A DNA stretch of 33,517 bases, taken from a virus. The position numbers and the translations under genes were made by a program. The stretch lies in the IMG/VR virus record IMGVR_UViG_3300031565_000199; one strand, given 5' to 3'. Positions 16,648-24,855 of the stretch are shown in pieces; the stretch's first letter is position 1; every line of letters starts with the position of its first letter. The notes under the pieces were generated by a model. That model did not search any database and was not told the origin of the DNA. It was given only the letters and a program-made list of their open reading frames with translations.

Positions 16648-16676
16648 TATTTATCACATTTCGGTGAATGTGTCAA
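16648..16676 (-). promoter_or_regulatory. Sigma70-type promoter with extended -10 upstream of scaffold and capsid genes
   Basis: The minus strand reads TTGACA (16676-16671), a 17-nt spacer ending in TGa, then TAAATA (16653-16648). The -35 hexamer contains the TGA stop of the portal-like gene. Confidence 0.6.
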
Positions 16677-17710
16677 CGGAAAAGTTTCGTGCCCTTGCGT
16701 TTATAAAGTGCTTCATCAAGGAATCCCTCATCCCGTCCGCGTTTCAGCATGTCCAGTTCCTCGCCTATTTCAAGCGGCGTGAGAATCCCGATTCCACCGA
16801 AATCGACCTCATAGCCGATCATCTCGTAAATATCATCAAGCGCCCGCCGAATGAGTTTGATGTAATGCAGCATCGGTGTCATGGCCAGGCGGCGCGCCAC
16901 TCCCGACATCGTGGCCGTCTCCGATATCTCGACGACGTGGGTGTTTTTGAACCAGAGTTGGATGAGCTTATCGCCTTCCCGCATTAACTGATCCGCCGTG
17001 TTGTTCGACGCGACACGGGTTATAGTCGCGTTGCCGGGGATGTAGATTATCTGCGCCCCCGCTTTAAGTGTCTCCTGCGCTTTTTTCACATCACCGACAT
17101 AGCCGGAAACGACGAGGGAAAGCGATGCCGGGCCTGTTTGCATGCGTATTGAATCCTCGATCTCCTCGATACGCTGATACGTTTTCCGATTCGGCTCAAG
17201 AATGCCCTTACCATACGGGTAAGCAATGAATGCTTCAAGCGGGTATTCGCCCCAATCTGCAATGAGCTTCTGATCCTGCGTGCCGTAAGCTTCGTAATCG
17301 CGCACTGTCCAACCCGTCGCCGTTTTCATATAGACGCGAGTATTCCCCGTTATCGCGCCCTTGTCGTTGCGGATGTGTTGCAGAACGAGATTTTTCTTTA
17401 TGACATAACAATCTCGCAGGAATAAATACTTTTCATCCTCACCTTCGGGGATTAAGCGGAGCGCGAACGATCCGTCAACGAGAAGTTGCTCACTCATTTT
17501 CTCAATCGGTATTTCCGGCCACTCGGTCGCGCTTGTCGCTTTTAATTCCGAATCGCCAGCGATGAATGCTTCAAGGATTTCCGGTGTGCTCTTGTTCAAG
17601 CCGGTGTAGCTTTGTTCCTCGAATATTTCGCGACCCGTGAGGATCGGGTATTCATCGCTCATTTTAACCGGGGTTATGATTGTGTCGAGTAATCCTTTTT
17701 GTTCGGGCAT
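16673..17710 (-). CDS. Portal protein (small, putative)
   Basis: 345-aa ORF immediately downstream of TerL. The call is positional, and the protein is short for a portal. Confidence 0.5.
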   Translation of the reverse strand: MPEQKGLLDTIITPVKMSDEYPILTGREIFEEQSYTGLNKSTPEILEAFIAGDSELKATSATEWPEIPIEKMSEQLLVDGSFALRLIPEGEDEKYLFLRDCYVIKKNLVLQHIRNDKGAITGNTRVYMKTATGWTVRDYEAYGTQDQKLIADWGEYPLEAFIAYPYGKGILEPNRKTYQRIEEIEDSIRMQTGPASLSLVVSGYVGDVKKAQETLKAGAQIIYIPGNATITRVASNNTADQLMREGDKLIQLWFKNTHVVEISETATMSGVARRLAMTPMLHYIKLIRRALDDIYEMIGYEVDFGGIGILTPLEIGEELDMLKRGRDEGFLDEALYKRKGTKLFR

Positions 17711-17711
17711 T

Positions 17712-19007
17712 TTATAACGCCTCCATTGAATACATTCCCATCCAAGCCATGCATAGGGCCATCCATTTGTCGCTGTGTTCGAATTCCATTTTCCCGTCCT
17801 TCTCCCGAACCTCGTACATCAATCCCTCGTAGTGATCCAGCGCCGTTTGCGATGCGACTCCGAAACGCTCCTCGCGGATTGCTATCGACGTTTCATGCCA
17901 GAACTGCTCTTTGAGTTCGGCGGTCGTGTTCAGTCCGCGCAAGCCTTTGAACGGACCATCGTTGAGTATATCATAAAACGCCTGGCCGACTCCGTTCGTC
18001 TCGACGATGATGTTCTCGCGCCGCCAGTAATGCCGCCCGTTAATCCAGTCGTAAATCGCTTCTGCCTGATGCACGTAATCGACACCGCTTATTTCAAACT
18101 CGTCGATCTCGTTTATGATTTTCCCGTTCCGCCCGTTGACGACAGCTAGCACTTTAACGACGGTCGAGTCGATTATCTTGCCTACGTCGATTCCAAAATA
18201 GTTTTCAGGCATGATCCCGCGCTTGATGAAATCCATGATGTCGATTTTGCCCGGGACGCTCGGATACATGAGCCGCATTCCCTCAACGGCTTGCTCACAG
18301 AGATAGTGCTGTCTCCATTGCCAGTCGGGAAGGTTTTTCTTCTCCTCCTCGAAAACTGGAATCCATGAGGGATCGATACGGGTTATATCGTCAGCGGTGT
18401 ATCGGATCAGCTTGTAATTGTCGTGAAGTTTCCGCTCCTCAATCAGCCGCGACTTGTGCCCACCGACTCCCAAGATAACGAAACGTGCACGCCCCTCCTG
18501 CCTCGCGATGTTGAGAAACGGAGAGAAAATCCCGGCGATATCCGGGCTTACGCGATGCCCCTCGTCGATAATGAGCATGTCCGCATGATAGCCCTCTGGC
18601 TTGGATGCGGTCGTCTCGTTCGACGAGAGCGCGTAAAGTTCGCCCTCGTAATCGGGATCGGCGGGGATGACCCAGCGTTTCTCGGTCACGTCCGCCTTTT
18701 TCTTTTTCCACCCGGGCACTTGGGAAGTAAACTTGTCAACGTTTCTCTCCGTCTCGCGTGCGAGAAGCCGCGTCGATTGTGTGAGTGTGGGGAATGCGAT
18801 GATGTCCGTGTTGCCGCCGATAATCGTTGTAGCGCCGACAAGAGCGGCAACCCATGTTTTCCCGAACGCCTGGCGCGGGCCCTGAATGATCGTATTCGGG
18901 TTATCGCAAATGGCGCGTGCGCTTTCGGCCTGCCATTCGCCGCGCCATGAATAGTCCAGGCCGCGACGGATGCGGTCAACTGCCTGCATTGTCAGGGGAT
19001 GCTTCAT
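17712..19007 (-). CDS. terL: Terminase large subunit
   Basis: 431 aa with a Walker A-like GPRQAFGKTW, a Walker B MLIIDEGH, and a C-terminal RNaseH-like nuclease region (FGIDVGKIIDSTVV...IIVETNGVG). Confidence 0.8.
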   Translation of the reverse strand: MKHPLTMQAVDRIRRGLDYSWRGEWQAESARAICDNPNTIIQGPRQAFGKTWVAALVGATTIIGGNTDIIAFPTLTQSTRLLARETERNVDKFTSQVPGWKKKKADVTEKRWVIPADPDYEGELYALSSNETTASKPEGYHADMLIIDEGHRVSPDIAGIFSPFLNIARQEGRARFVILGVGGHKSRLIEERKLHDNYKLIRYTADDITRIDPSWIPVFEEEKKNLPDWQWRQHYLCEQAVEGMRLMYPSVPGKIDIMDFIKRGIMPENYFGIDVGKIIDSTVVKVLAVVNGRNGKIINEIDEFEISGVDYVHQAEAIYDWINGRHYWRRENIIVETNGVGQAFYDILNDGPFKGLRGLNTTAELKEQFWHETSIAIREERFGVASQTALDHYEGLMYEVREKDGKMEFEHSDKWMALCMAWMGMYSMEAL

Positions 19008-19010
19008 GCG

Positions 19011-19301
19011 TTAATTGAAACCTATTTTTGGCACCAGCAGATTCCCGCCCTGTTGCGGCTGCTGCGGCGGCGGCGGCGGGTAAAGCACGTTAACATTCCC
19101 GATATTCCACGCCTTGTCTATAATCCCACGAATCAAATCCCATTCGAGGATCATGACAACTTTTCCATCGCCGTGTTCCTTTACAACTAAACGTTTCGTT
19201 TGTCGCGCTTCAAACATAGCGATTAGGTTGTCCGGACAAACTATATCGAGGATCGTAGCAGGCGCACCGATTGCGCCATAGAGAATAACGTAGTGGTTCA
19301 T
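19011..19301 (-). CDS. Hypothetical protein
   Basis: 96-aa ORF with an ATGA overlap to the upstream gene and a proline/glutamine-rich C-terminus. Confidence 0.55.
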   Translation of the reverse strand: MNHYVILYGAIGAPATILDIVCPDNLIAMFEARQTKRLVVKEHGDGKVVMILEWDLIRGIIDKAWNIGNVNVLYPPPPPQQPQQGGNLLVPKIGFN

Positions 19302-19879
19302 TCTTTCATCTCCTGTTCACTCATGTCTTTCATTATCTCCGCGCCTTGCCCGTTCAGAGCGGACAGGCGGCGTTCGATCATTTCCATTTTGGCTTCGAGT
19401 TCTGCGTTACGCGCTTTCAGGGCTTCCACTTCCGAGGGCGCGCCGTATATTTTCGCGAGCATGTCGAGAGCGGGATTGGATTCGGATGTGGATGCTATCG
19501 TCTCAAATTGTTTCGCATTTACCAAGTACCATTGCACCATCCGCGCCCCGCGTTCTATCACGCTTTGACGACCGGCTTCTATTGCGAGAATTTCTTCACG
19601 CTTCATTTCTTCCGGCGGTTCCCACTCTTCCATGTTTCGTGCCTTGTCTATCACGTCCTCAACAAACTTCCAACTCTTGGAAGCGATGCGGTTATGAGCG
19701 CCTCCGCGCAATCGGTCACGTTCGGTTTTGTAAGTGGGGGATTGTCGATCAAGACATATTTGCGATTCGGAAACACCGTGTAAATCGGCATGGAATTTAG
19801 CGTTCAGGCAATCAAGAGCATCATGATCGGCTCTTGCGATTTCTTCTCTTCTTAACGCGACTTGAGCAGCACTGGCCAT
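19298..19879 (-). CDS. Hypothetical coiled-coil protein, possible small terminase by position
   Basis: 193 aa, the first gene after the early/late terminator and two genes upstream of terL. It has no SD before its ATG. Confidence 0.5.
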   Translation of the reverse strand: MASAAQVALRREEIARADHDALDCLNAKFHADLHGVSESQICLDRQSPTYKTERDRLRGGAHNRIASKSWKFVEDVIDKARNMEEWEPPEEMKREEILAIEAGRQSVIERGARMVQWYLVNAKQFETIASTSESNPALDMLAKIYGAPSEVEALKARNAELEAKMEMIERRLSALNGQGAEIMKDMSEQEMKE

Positions 19880-19927
19880 TGGGATTAAAGTTTACGGCAA
19901 AACTCAATTCTAAATAACGAATAGCAC

Positions 19928-19954
19928 AAAAAAGCCCCGGGCGCAAGACCCGGG
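19928..19954 (-). terminator. Rho-independent terminator at the early/late boundary
   Basis: The minus strand reads CCCGGG-tcttgcg-CCCGGG-gc-TTTTTT, located in the 189-nt gap between the 20069 and 19879 genes. Confidence 0.7.
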
Positions 19955-20068
19955 ACTGGAAGAGAAGGACTGACAAGGCAGGGGGAGGGAGTTGGGATTT
20001 CGGCTAGGAGGTTTCGGATTGCCGTTCGTGTGGCGTTGTTGCGGGGACTCCCTCCCCGCGGAATTATA

Positions 20069-20455
20069 TCACGGTTTTATCCCATGTGATTTTTCCAAAT
20101 ATCTTACCCGCTCCTCCAGTGCCTTTATCCGCGCCGCGAATAATAGCGACGCCTTGACGTATTGCGGCGGGTCGGGTTCGGGATTATTCAAGAACGCCGC
20201 CCTTCCAAAAATAGCGCATTTTAGATCATCCACGGTCTTTATCGGCGGCGGGTCGGGGTCGGGCTTGGGCTTGGGCTTGGGCTCCAATTCTTTCGCCAAG
20301 TCCGGTTTATTCCCGTCTCGCAAAATGTCCGTCCAATCCTCCGGAAGAAAATAAATATCCTTCACGGAATTGAAAATGTGCTTGATCGGTATTCCCCAGA
20401 GCCCTACAAATTCGGTTCTGCATGTCGGGCATACAATTTTAATTTCGGTTTTCAT
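20069..20455 (-). CDS. Hypothetical protein with N-terminal CxxC and a KP/DP-rich linker
   Basis: 128 aa with an ATGA overlap to the upstream gene. It contains an EPKPKPKPDPDPPP low-complexity segment. Confidence 0.55.
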   Translation of the reverse strand: MKTEIKIVCPTCRTEFVGLWGIPIKHIFNSVKDIYFLPEDWTDILRDGNKPDLAKELEPKPKPKPDPDPPPIKTVDDLKCAIFGRAAFLNNPEPDPPQYVKASLLFAARIKALEERVRYLEKSHGIKP

Positions 20456-20685
20456 CGTCCGTTCCTTTCGTTCAGAATTTTCAATAGCAAAAAGACAATG
20501 AGGATTTCCCCGTCCTTAAGGCGCAAGGGATAATTCGGCCTATCAATGTCCACGAAATAATCGGGGCCCTGTTCGCCCGGAGAATAAAAAGAGGGGTTAT
20601 TGAATTCAACTTCCATTTCCTGAAAAACATCGAAGTTGATTTGCCCTATTAAGTCTTTAACTTTCCCGCAATTTTCGATTGGCAT
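20452..20685 (-). CDS. Hypothetical protein
   Basis: 77 aa with a TAATG overlap to the upstream gene. It ends in ERNGR, as does the preceding gene. Confidence 0.55.
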   Translation of the reverse strand: MPIENCGKVKDLIGQINFDVFQEMEVEFNNPSFYSPGEQGPDYFVDIDRPNYPLRLKDGEILIVFLLLKILNERNGR

Positions 20686-21146
20686 TATCGTCCGTTCCTT
20701 TCGGCTAATCCGGGTTGCACGGATCCGCCGTATTTGTTTTTATTTTTCGCGACAGGGCGTTCTCTGAGTCGTACCAATTTTTTCGATCGGTCCGCGAGGC
20801 ACATCAAATCCATCCGGTAGGCTTCGGTTAGGTTGAAATATTCGTCCCATGCCGGATAGTCTTCCATAAAAAGCACGATCTGATCCGGGCGGGGATCGGG
20901 GCGGACTCCGAAAGCATCCATGCTCATTTGAAATTTCGTCCGTGTTTTCCAGTAGATTCGATGGGGTTCCGCCGGAAGTCGGGAGAAGGCATTCTTGATT
21001 TTCGGGACAAGTTGATTGATATCATCCTTCACGAGGGCAATTTGATATTCCAAAACCGTGTCGGGATCGAATCGACCGGGAATATTCGCATCGCTTAAAA
21101 GCATCCTTTCACGTGTGGAAAGCGTCTGTTCGTGCCAGTCATACAT
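20685..21146 (-). CDS. Hypothetical protein
   Basis: The ORF track gives 20685..21164. The ATG at 21146 (MYDWHEQ) has a GAGGA RBS and an 8-nt overlap with the upstream stop. Confidence 0.55.
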   Translation of the reverse strand: MYDWHEQTLSTRERMLLSDANIPGRFDPDTVLEYQIALVKDDINQLVPKIKNAFSRLPAEPHRIYWKTRTKFQMSMDAFGVRPDPRPDQIVLFMEDYPAWDEYFNLTEAYRMDLMCLADRSKKLVRLRERPVAKNKNKYGGSVQPGLAERNGR

Positions 21147-21921
21147 AGTTATCCTCTTTCGCAAGGCTGATGTAATATGAGATTTTCTTTATAAAATGAT
21201 CGAAGTCATGGCGCAGGAATTGCGTTTGCTTCTGATCGAAAAGGTAGTGAATCGAATTCCCGATCTCGTTTTCCGAGGCGGCTTTCAGTGCGCGGGTGAC
21301 CTGCCCCTGCATTTTGATTATATCGCCGGAATATTCGTGACCGTGCTTTTCGAAGTAAAGCGAGTGCCAGCATTTGAGAAGGCGGGAGGAAGGGGTTTTC
21401 GCGTCACGGAGTCTGAGGGGGACATGCGGTTTTTCGGGTTCAGATATTTTCTTCTCTTCTTTTCCTTTCTCTTCCTTTCCTTTCGTTACGCCAACTACCT
21501 CAGACTTATTACGCTTAGTATCGGATACTTCTGGGGTACTTATTCCATTCGGTGGCGGGATGTTTGATAATTTCGGCCTCCAGTTGCCGCGCTGGTAATG
21601 TTGCCAGCCGGTCAGGGAATAGTATTTCTGGCCGTTCACATCGTAGATTTCGACCGCGCCTTCATCGGCCATGATCTTAATCCACTCCTCAACCTGTGCA
21701 TCGGTGACTTCTTCGATAACGCCCGGTGTAGACAGGAACGCTTTCATGCGTAACACCGATGGGAGGTAGCGTCCACGCCCGAAATCGTCCGCTTCCAAAA
21801 TCAGCATTTCGAAAATCCGTTGCGCCGCAAGTCCGAGAAGCCCGGCGGCTTCCGATCCGAGCCTGACCGCAATCGAACATTCGTAAATTTTCGTTGAGAT
21901 CATGCGCCGTTCACTTGCCAT
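21139..21921 (-). CDS. Replisome-organizer-like / replication initiation protein (putative)
   Basis: The N-terminal about 110 aa (IYECSIAVRLGSEAAGLLGLAAQRIFEMLILEADDFGRGRY...VEEWIKIMADEGAVEIYDVNGQKYYSLTGWQHYQ) resemble the winged-helix N-domain of phage replisome organizers. A basic/acidic linker follows. Confidence 0.4.
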   Translation of the reverse strand: MASERRMISTKIYECSIAVRLGSEAAGLLGLAAQRIFEMLILEADDFGRGRYLPSVLRMKAFLSTPGVIEEVTDAQVEEWIKIMADEGAVEIYDVNGQKYYSLTGWQHYQRGNWRPKLSNIPPPNGISTPEVSDTKRNKSEVVGVTKGKEEKGKEEKKISEPEKPHVPLRLRDAKTPSSRLLKCWHSLYFEKHGHEYSGDIIKMQGQVTRALKAASENEIGNSIHYLFDQKQTQFLRHDFDHFIKKISYYISLAKEDNYV

Positions 21922-21954
21922 AAGTAACCTCTAAGTAATTGAGAGTTATTAAAT

Positions 21955-21983
21955 ACCTTATCACATTTTCCGGCCTTTGTCAA
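21955..21983 (-). promoter_or_regulatory. Sigma70-type promoter with extended -10 (internal, upstream of the replication gene)
   Basis: The minus strand reads TTGACA (21983-21978), a 17-nt spacer ending in TGa, then TAAGGT (21960-21955). The -35 hexamer contains the TGA stop of the methyltransferase gene. It shares the core AAATGTGATAA with the 16648-16676 promoter. Confidence 0.55.
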
Positions 21984-23311
21984 AACAGCTTCTCCTGCCG
22001 GGCCTCGGCCTCGATCCGCCTCAATCCCATCTCGCAATATTTTGGGTTCAACTCAATCCCTATCGCCCGGCGGTTCAGTTGCAAGGCCACGAGGAGCGTC
22101 ATGCAAGCCCCGGCGAACGGGTCAAGAACCGTAGCCGGGACCGTTCCGGCATGTTCGCAATCACAATCCGAATCCCAGCCGGTCGTTTGCTTTGCGGGGG
22201 ATATCGGCGAACCGTCGGCCTTAAAATTTCCAGAATGCCCCTTGAACGACGTTCCCCCGCCTCCCATTTCCGGCGTGAAGGGTTTGCAATCGCATGAGGG
22301 TTGCCAGCCGAGGGTTTTGTTTTTCACCGGGACGTTCGATGCGTGATTTTTTGGCTGTAAATTTGTAAAACCATCGGGTTTCCCGGTATCATCCTTCCAA
22401 GCCTTATCACTTTTCAGTAATGCTTTATACTCATCGGTTAATTCCACCACCCTCACCCACGGCTTCCCGCACCGCTCGCAAACGCCCCGCTCGCTCGTGC
22501 CCGCGAGTATGCACTTGCGGGGAAGCTCCTCCGGGAAAGTTGCAAAGTGGGATTCGGGGTAGGGTTGGGTTGCCATAGTCCAGACGTTGCGGAGGTTGCG
22601 ACCGGAAGGATTATATCCCATGCCGTCTCCACCTGAACGTTGAATATTAAATCCCTCACGCTCCCTTGCGGGATTTTTATAATTTTCCGCACGCCTAATA
22701 TCATGTTCCTCCCTCACCGCCTCCGCGTCGTAAAAATACCGACTCGCTTTCGTTAACAGGTAAATCTTTTCGTGCGAGCTTGTCGGCCTGTCGGTCACGG
22801 ATTCGGGCATGGGGTTCGGTTTCGCCCAGATGATCTCAGAGCGCAACCACCAGCCGTCGGCCTGTAACGCAATGGCAAGGCGGGCGGGCATCATGAGGAG
22901 GTCTTTGGGTTTGAATGAATCGGGAACAGCTCGAGCCTCGAATAATTCCTCTCCGGTTTCGCCGTTCATTCTTCTACGTCTACGTCCATAAACGCCATCA
23001 CCGGCATCACAACTTTCAGGGTGAAAAGTCCCCGATTTTCCTTGTGCATAACAATCCCCGCAATTAAGCCAGAACGTCCCGTCGCTCCTGAGTACCCGCC
23101 GAATCTCGCGGCATACCGTAACCATCTTGTCAAGCCAGTCCTGAAAGGTAGGTTCAAGGCCGATCATGCCGGAAACGCCGTAATCGCGCAAGCCCCAGTA
23201 CGGCGGGCTTGTAACGCAACAATGCACAGATTCATCGGGCATCGCGGCGAGGCAGTCCATTACATCGCCCTGGTAAAGCGTCGCGTTGCCTATAGTGACC
23301 GGGTTATTCAT
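21980..23311 (-). CDS. DNA methyltransferase, beta-class N4/N6 family (SPPY motif, likely N4-cytosine)
   Basis: 443 aa. Motif IV is CVTSPPYWGLRDY near the N-terminus and motif I is VLDPFAGACMT near the C-terminus. A long Cys-containing target-recognition region lies between them. Confidence 0.8.
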   Translation of the reverse strand: MNNPVTIGNATLYQGDVMDCLAAMPDESVHCCVTSPPYWGLRDYGVSGMIGLEPTFQDWLDKMVTVCREIRRVLRSDGTFWLNCGDCYAQGKSGTFHPESCDAGDGVYGRRRRRMNGETGEELFEARAVPDSFKPKDLLMMPARLAIALQADGWWLRSEIIWAKPNPMPESVTDRPTSSHEKIYLLTKASRYFYDAEAVREEHDIRRAENYKNPAREREGFNIQRSGGDGMGYNPSGRNLRNVWTMATQPYPESHFATFPEELPRKCILAGTSERGVCERCGKPWVRVVELTDEYKALLKSDKAWKDDTGKPDGFTNLQPKNHASNVPVKNKTLGWQPSCDCKPFTPEMGGGGTSFKGHSGNFKADGSPISPAKQTTGWDSDCDCEHAGTVPATVLDPFAGACMTLLVALQLNRRAIGIELNPKYCEMGLRRIEAEARQEKLF

Positions 23312-23712
23312 AGCGTTTTCGGCGGGGTCTTCATCGGGTCGTAGGTGACCTGCGCGTGCAGGTGATTATCGTATCCGCTCGCGTGCATCACCGTAAACCC
23401 TGCATCGCGCAAGAGCTTTGTCAACTTGTTACGCTGTGCGGTGTCCGTATATTTAAGCCCCTTTGAGCCGCTCTTCATCCAGACCCCCACGATATCGATA
23501 GCCTTGCGCCATGCGTGAGCGCTCCATTTATCAGTCCCGGCTATCTTGCGACGGTTGTAAATGCCCAGCGTGTCGACCTTCACGTACCCCAGCTTTACAA
23601 TCGCATCGCAGAATTTACGGAGCGGTTCGACCATCTCCGAATCGACGATAACGCGGATCTCCGAACCATCGTAATAGAACTTGACTACTAAATGATTAAA
23701 TGCTGTTATCAT
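23308..23712 (-). CDS. LAS-type zinc peptidase, M15 family (endolysin candidate)
   Basis: It has SAHAWRKAIDI (the SxHxxxxAxD spacing of VanY/M15) and DNHLHAQV (an HxH motif). About 134 aa counted from the ATG at 23712, which has an ATGA overlap. Confidence 0.65.
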   Translation of the reverse strand: MITAFNHLVVKFYYDGSEIRVIVDSEMVEPLRKFCDAIVKLGYVKVDTLGIYNRRKIAGTDKWSAHAWRKAIDIVGVWMKSGSKGLKYTDTAQRNKLTKLLRDAGFTVMHASGYDNHLHAQVTYDPMKTPPKTL

Positions 23713-23993
23713 GATTGGATACCTCCGAAAAGATGCCATACAAAAGGCCCGTCGAAAACGGTCGTGAAATAAGGAAAGTTGCTGATATCCTTGATTTCAT
23801 GCCCTGTCCCGAATATCCGGAATATTATTCTCGATGAATCAGGTTTTGTTTCCGGATCGACAATCGCCCACAAGCACAGCTCATTAACGGATAATGCGGT
23901 TTGAGAATCTACGCATAGTATCTTCTCAATCTTATGGGTAAATATTGCGACCGTGTCTGCAACTTCGAACTTGTACTTGTAAATAGTTTTCAT
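23709..23993 (-). CDS. Hypothetical phage protein (function unknown)
   Basis: 94 aa, MKTIYKYKF...LWAIVDP...FGTGHEI...FVWHLF. Predicted beta-rich, with no catalytic motif seen. Confidence 0.55.
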   Translation of the reverse strand: MKTIYKYKFEVADTVAIFTHKIEKILCVDSQTALSVNELCLWAIVDPETKPDSSRIIFRIFGTGHEIKDISNFPYFTTVFDGPFVWHLFGGIQS

Positions 23994-23994
23994 T

Positions 23995-24285
23995 TTACTT
24001 TTCCTCCGTGTACAATTGATCGTATATATTCATCCCCGTCTGCGTGAGCATGTAGATATATCCCTTGTTGCTCACGTTGGGGTTTTTGTTCGTGAATTTG
24101 TTGTTGCGCAGCCGATATAGAATACCCGCCCTAAATAGACGTTTCGCGAGCTGACAGGCGTGATTATGACTAGCTTTCATGCGCCTTGCGATTGTTTTTG
24201 CGGTATTGGGGATATCCGGGTCGAGTGACCAGGCCTTAATGAAATCCCGTTCCCGCTCGGTGAGTTGCGACGGTGAGGTTATCAT
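23995..24285 (-). CDS. Winged-helix DNA-binding protein
   Basis: 96 aa. The segment TAKTIARRMKASHNHACQLAKRLFRAGILYRL looks like an HTH plus wing. Confidence 0.5.
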   Translation of the reverse strand: MITSPSQLTERERDFIKAWSLDPDIPNTAKTIARRMKASHNHACQLAKRLFRAGILYRLRNNKFTNKNPNVSNKGYIYMLTQTGMNIYDQLYTEEK

Positions 24286-24488
24286 TGTTCGAACTCCTCC
24301 ACATCGTAACCGCCTATTGAAAAATTACCACCGGTGGCAATTATCATAGTATGATTCTCTGCTAAGAGTTTACAGAATAAAGGATCACGATTTCTTACCT
24401 TGATCCCGGTTAATTCAACGCCGATAAGCTTTAATTCGGCGTCCAATTTACTTAGATATTTATAGAGGTTAAATTTTAAATCGCTCAT
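24282..24488 (-). CDS. Hypothetical protein
   Basis: The likely start is the ATG at 24488 (MSDLKFNLY), which has an ATGA overlap with the upstream micro-ORF. The track start at 24539 lacks this coupling. Confidence 0.5.
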   Translation of the reverse strand: MSDLKFNLYKYLSKLDAELKLIGVELTGIKVRNRDPLFCKLLAENHTMIIATGGNFSIGGYDVEEFEQ

Positions 24489-24592
24489 CTGAACCCCCAA
24501 ATTATGAGTATGGTAAAGAGCACGAACACCGTCGTCCAAAACAGGTTCCCGCCGATGTCAATTTGTATGTTCATCACTTTTTTCTTAATCAT
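24485..24592 (-). CDS. Micro-ORF, 35-aa single-TM peptide
   Basis: MIKKKVMNIQIDIGGNLFWTTVFVLFTILIIWGFR. It has ATGA overlaps at both ends, with the HNH stop and with the next start. Confidence 0.4.
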   Translation of the reverse strand: MIKKKVMNIQIDIGGNLFWTTVFVLFTILIIWGFR

Positions 24593-24855
24593 TTGAATCT
24601 CCCTTTCGCGTCCCGCTTTTGCCGGGAGGCGCTTAATTGTTGGTGCCTTCTCCTGCTCATAAGCTCCAAGTTGCCCGGGTCGTTGTTCGTGCGGTTGCCG
24701 TCGATGTGGTGGACGACCTCATCGGCGCGGATCGGGCGGCCTATAAGCCGCTCCATGATTACGACATGGCGCATGATGGTATTGCGACCGGCGGCGTGGG
24801 GATGCGGGTTAACGCCGTTGATGTGGACCCGTTCGTAGCCGTCCTTATCCTTCAT
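24589..24855 (-). CDS. HNH endonuclease
   Basis: 88 aa. VVHHIDGNRTNNDPGNLELMSRRRH is the classic HNH (HNH_3-like) core. Confidence 0.8.
   Translation of the reverse strand: MKDKDGYERVHINGVNPHPHAAGRNTIMRHVVIMERLIGRPIRADEVVHHIDGNRTNNDPGNLELMSRRRHQQLSASRQKRDAKGRFK

Noticed and set aside
19975-20065. An ~80-nt segment closed by a 10-bp GC stem (GGGGAGGGAG...CTCCCTCCCC) that at first looked like a tRNA or small structured RNA gene
   Set aside because: Neither strand can be folded into a cloverleaf. There is no D-arm or T-arm, no GTTCRANNC-like T-loop and no 7-nt anticodon loop in register. It is treated as part of the intergenic regulatory region.
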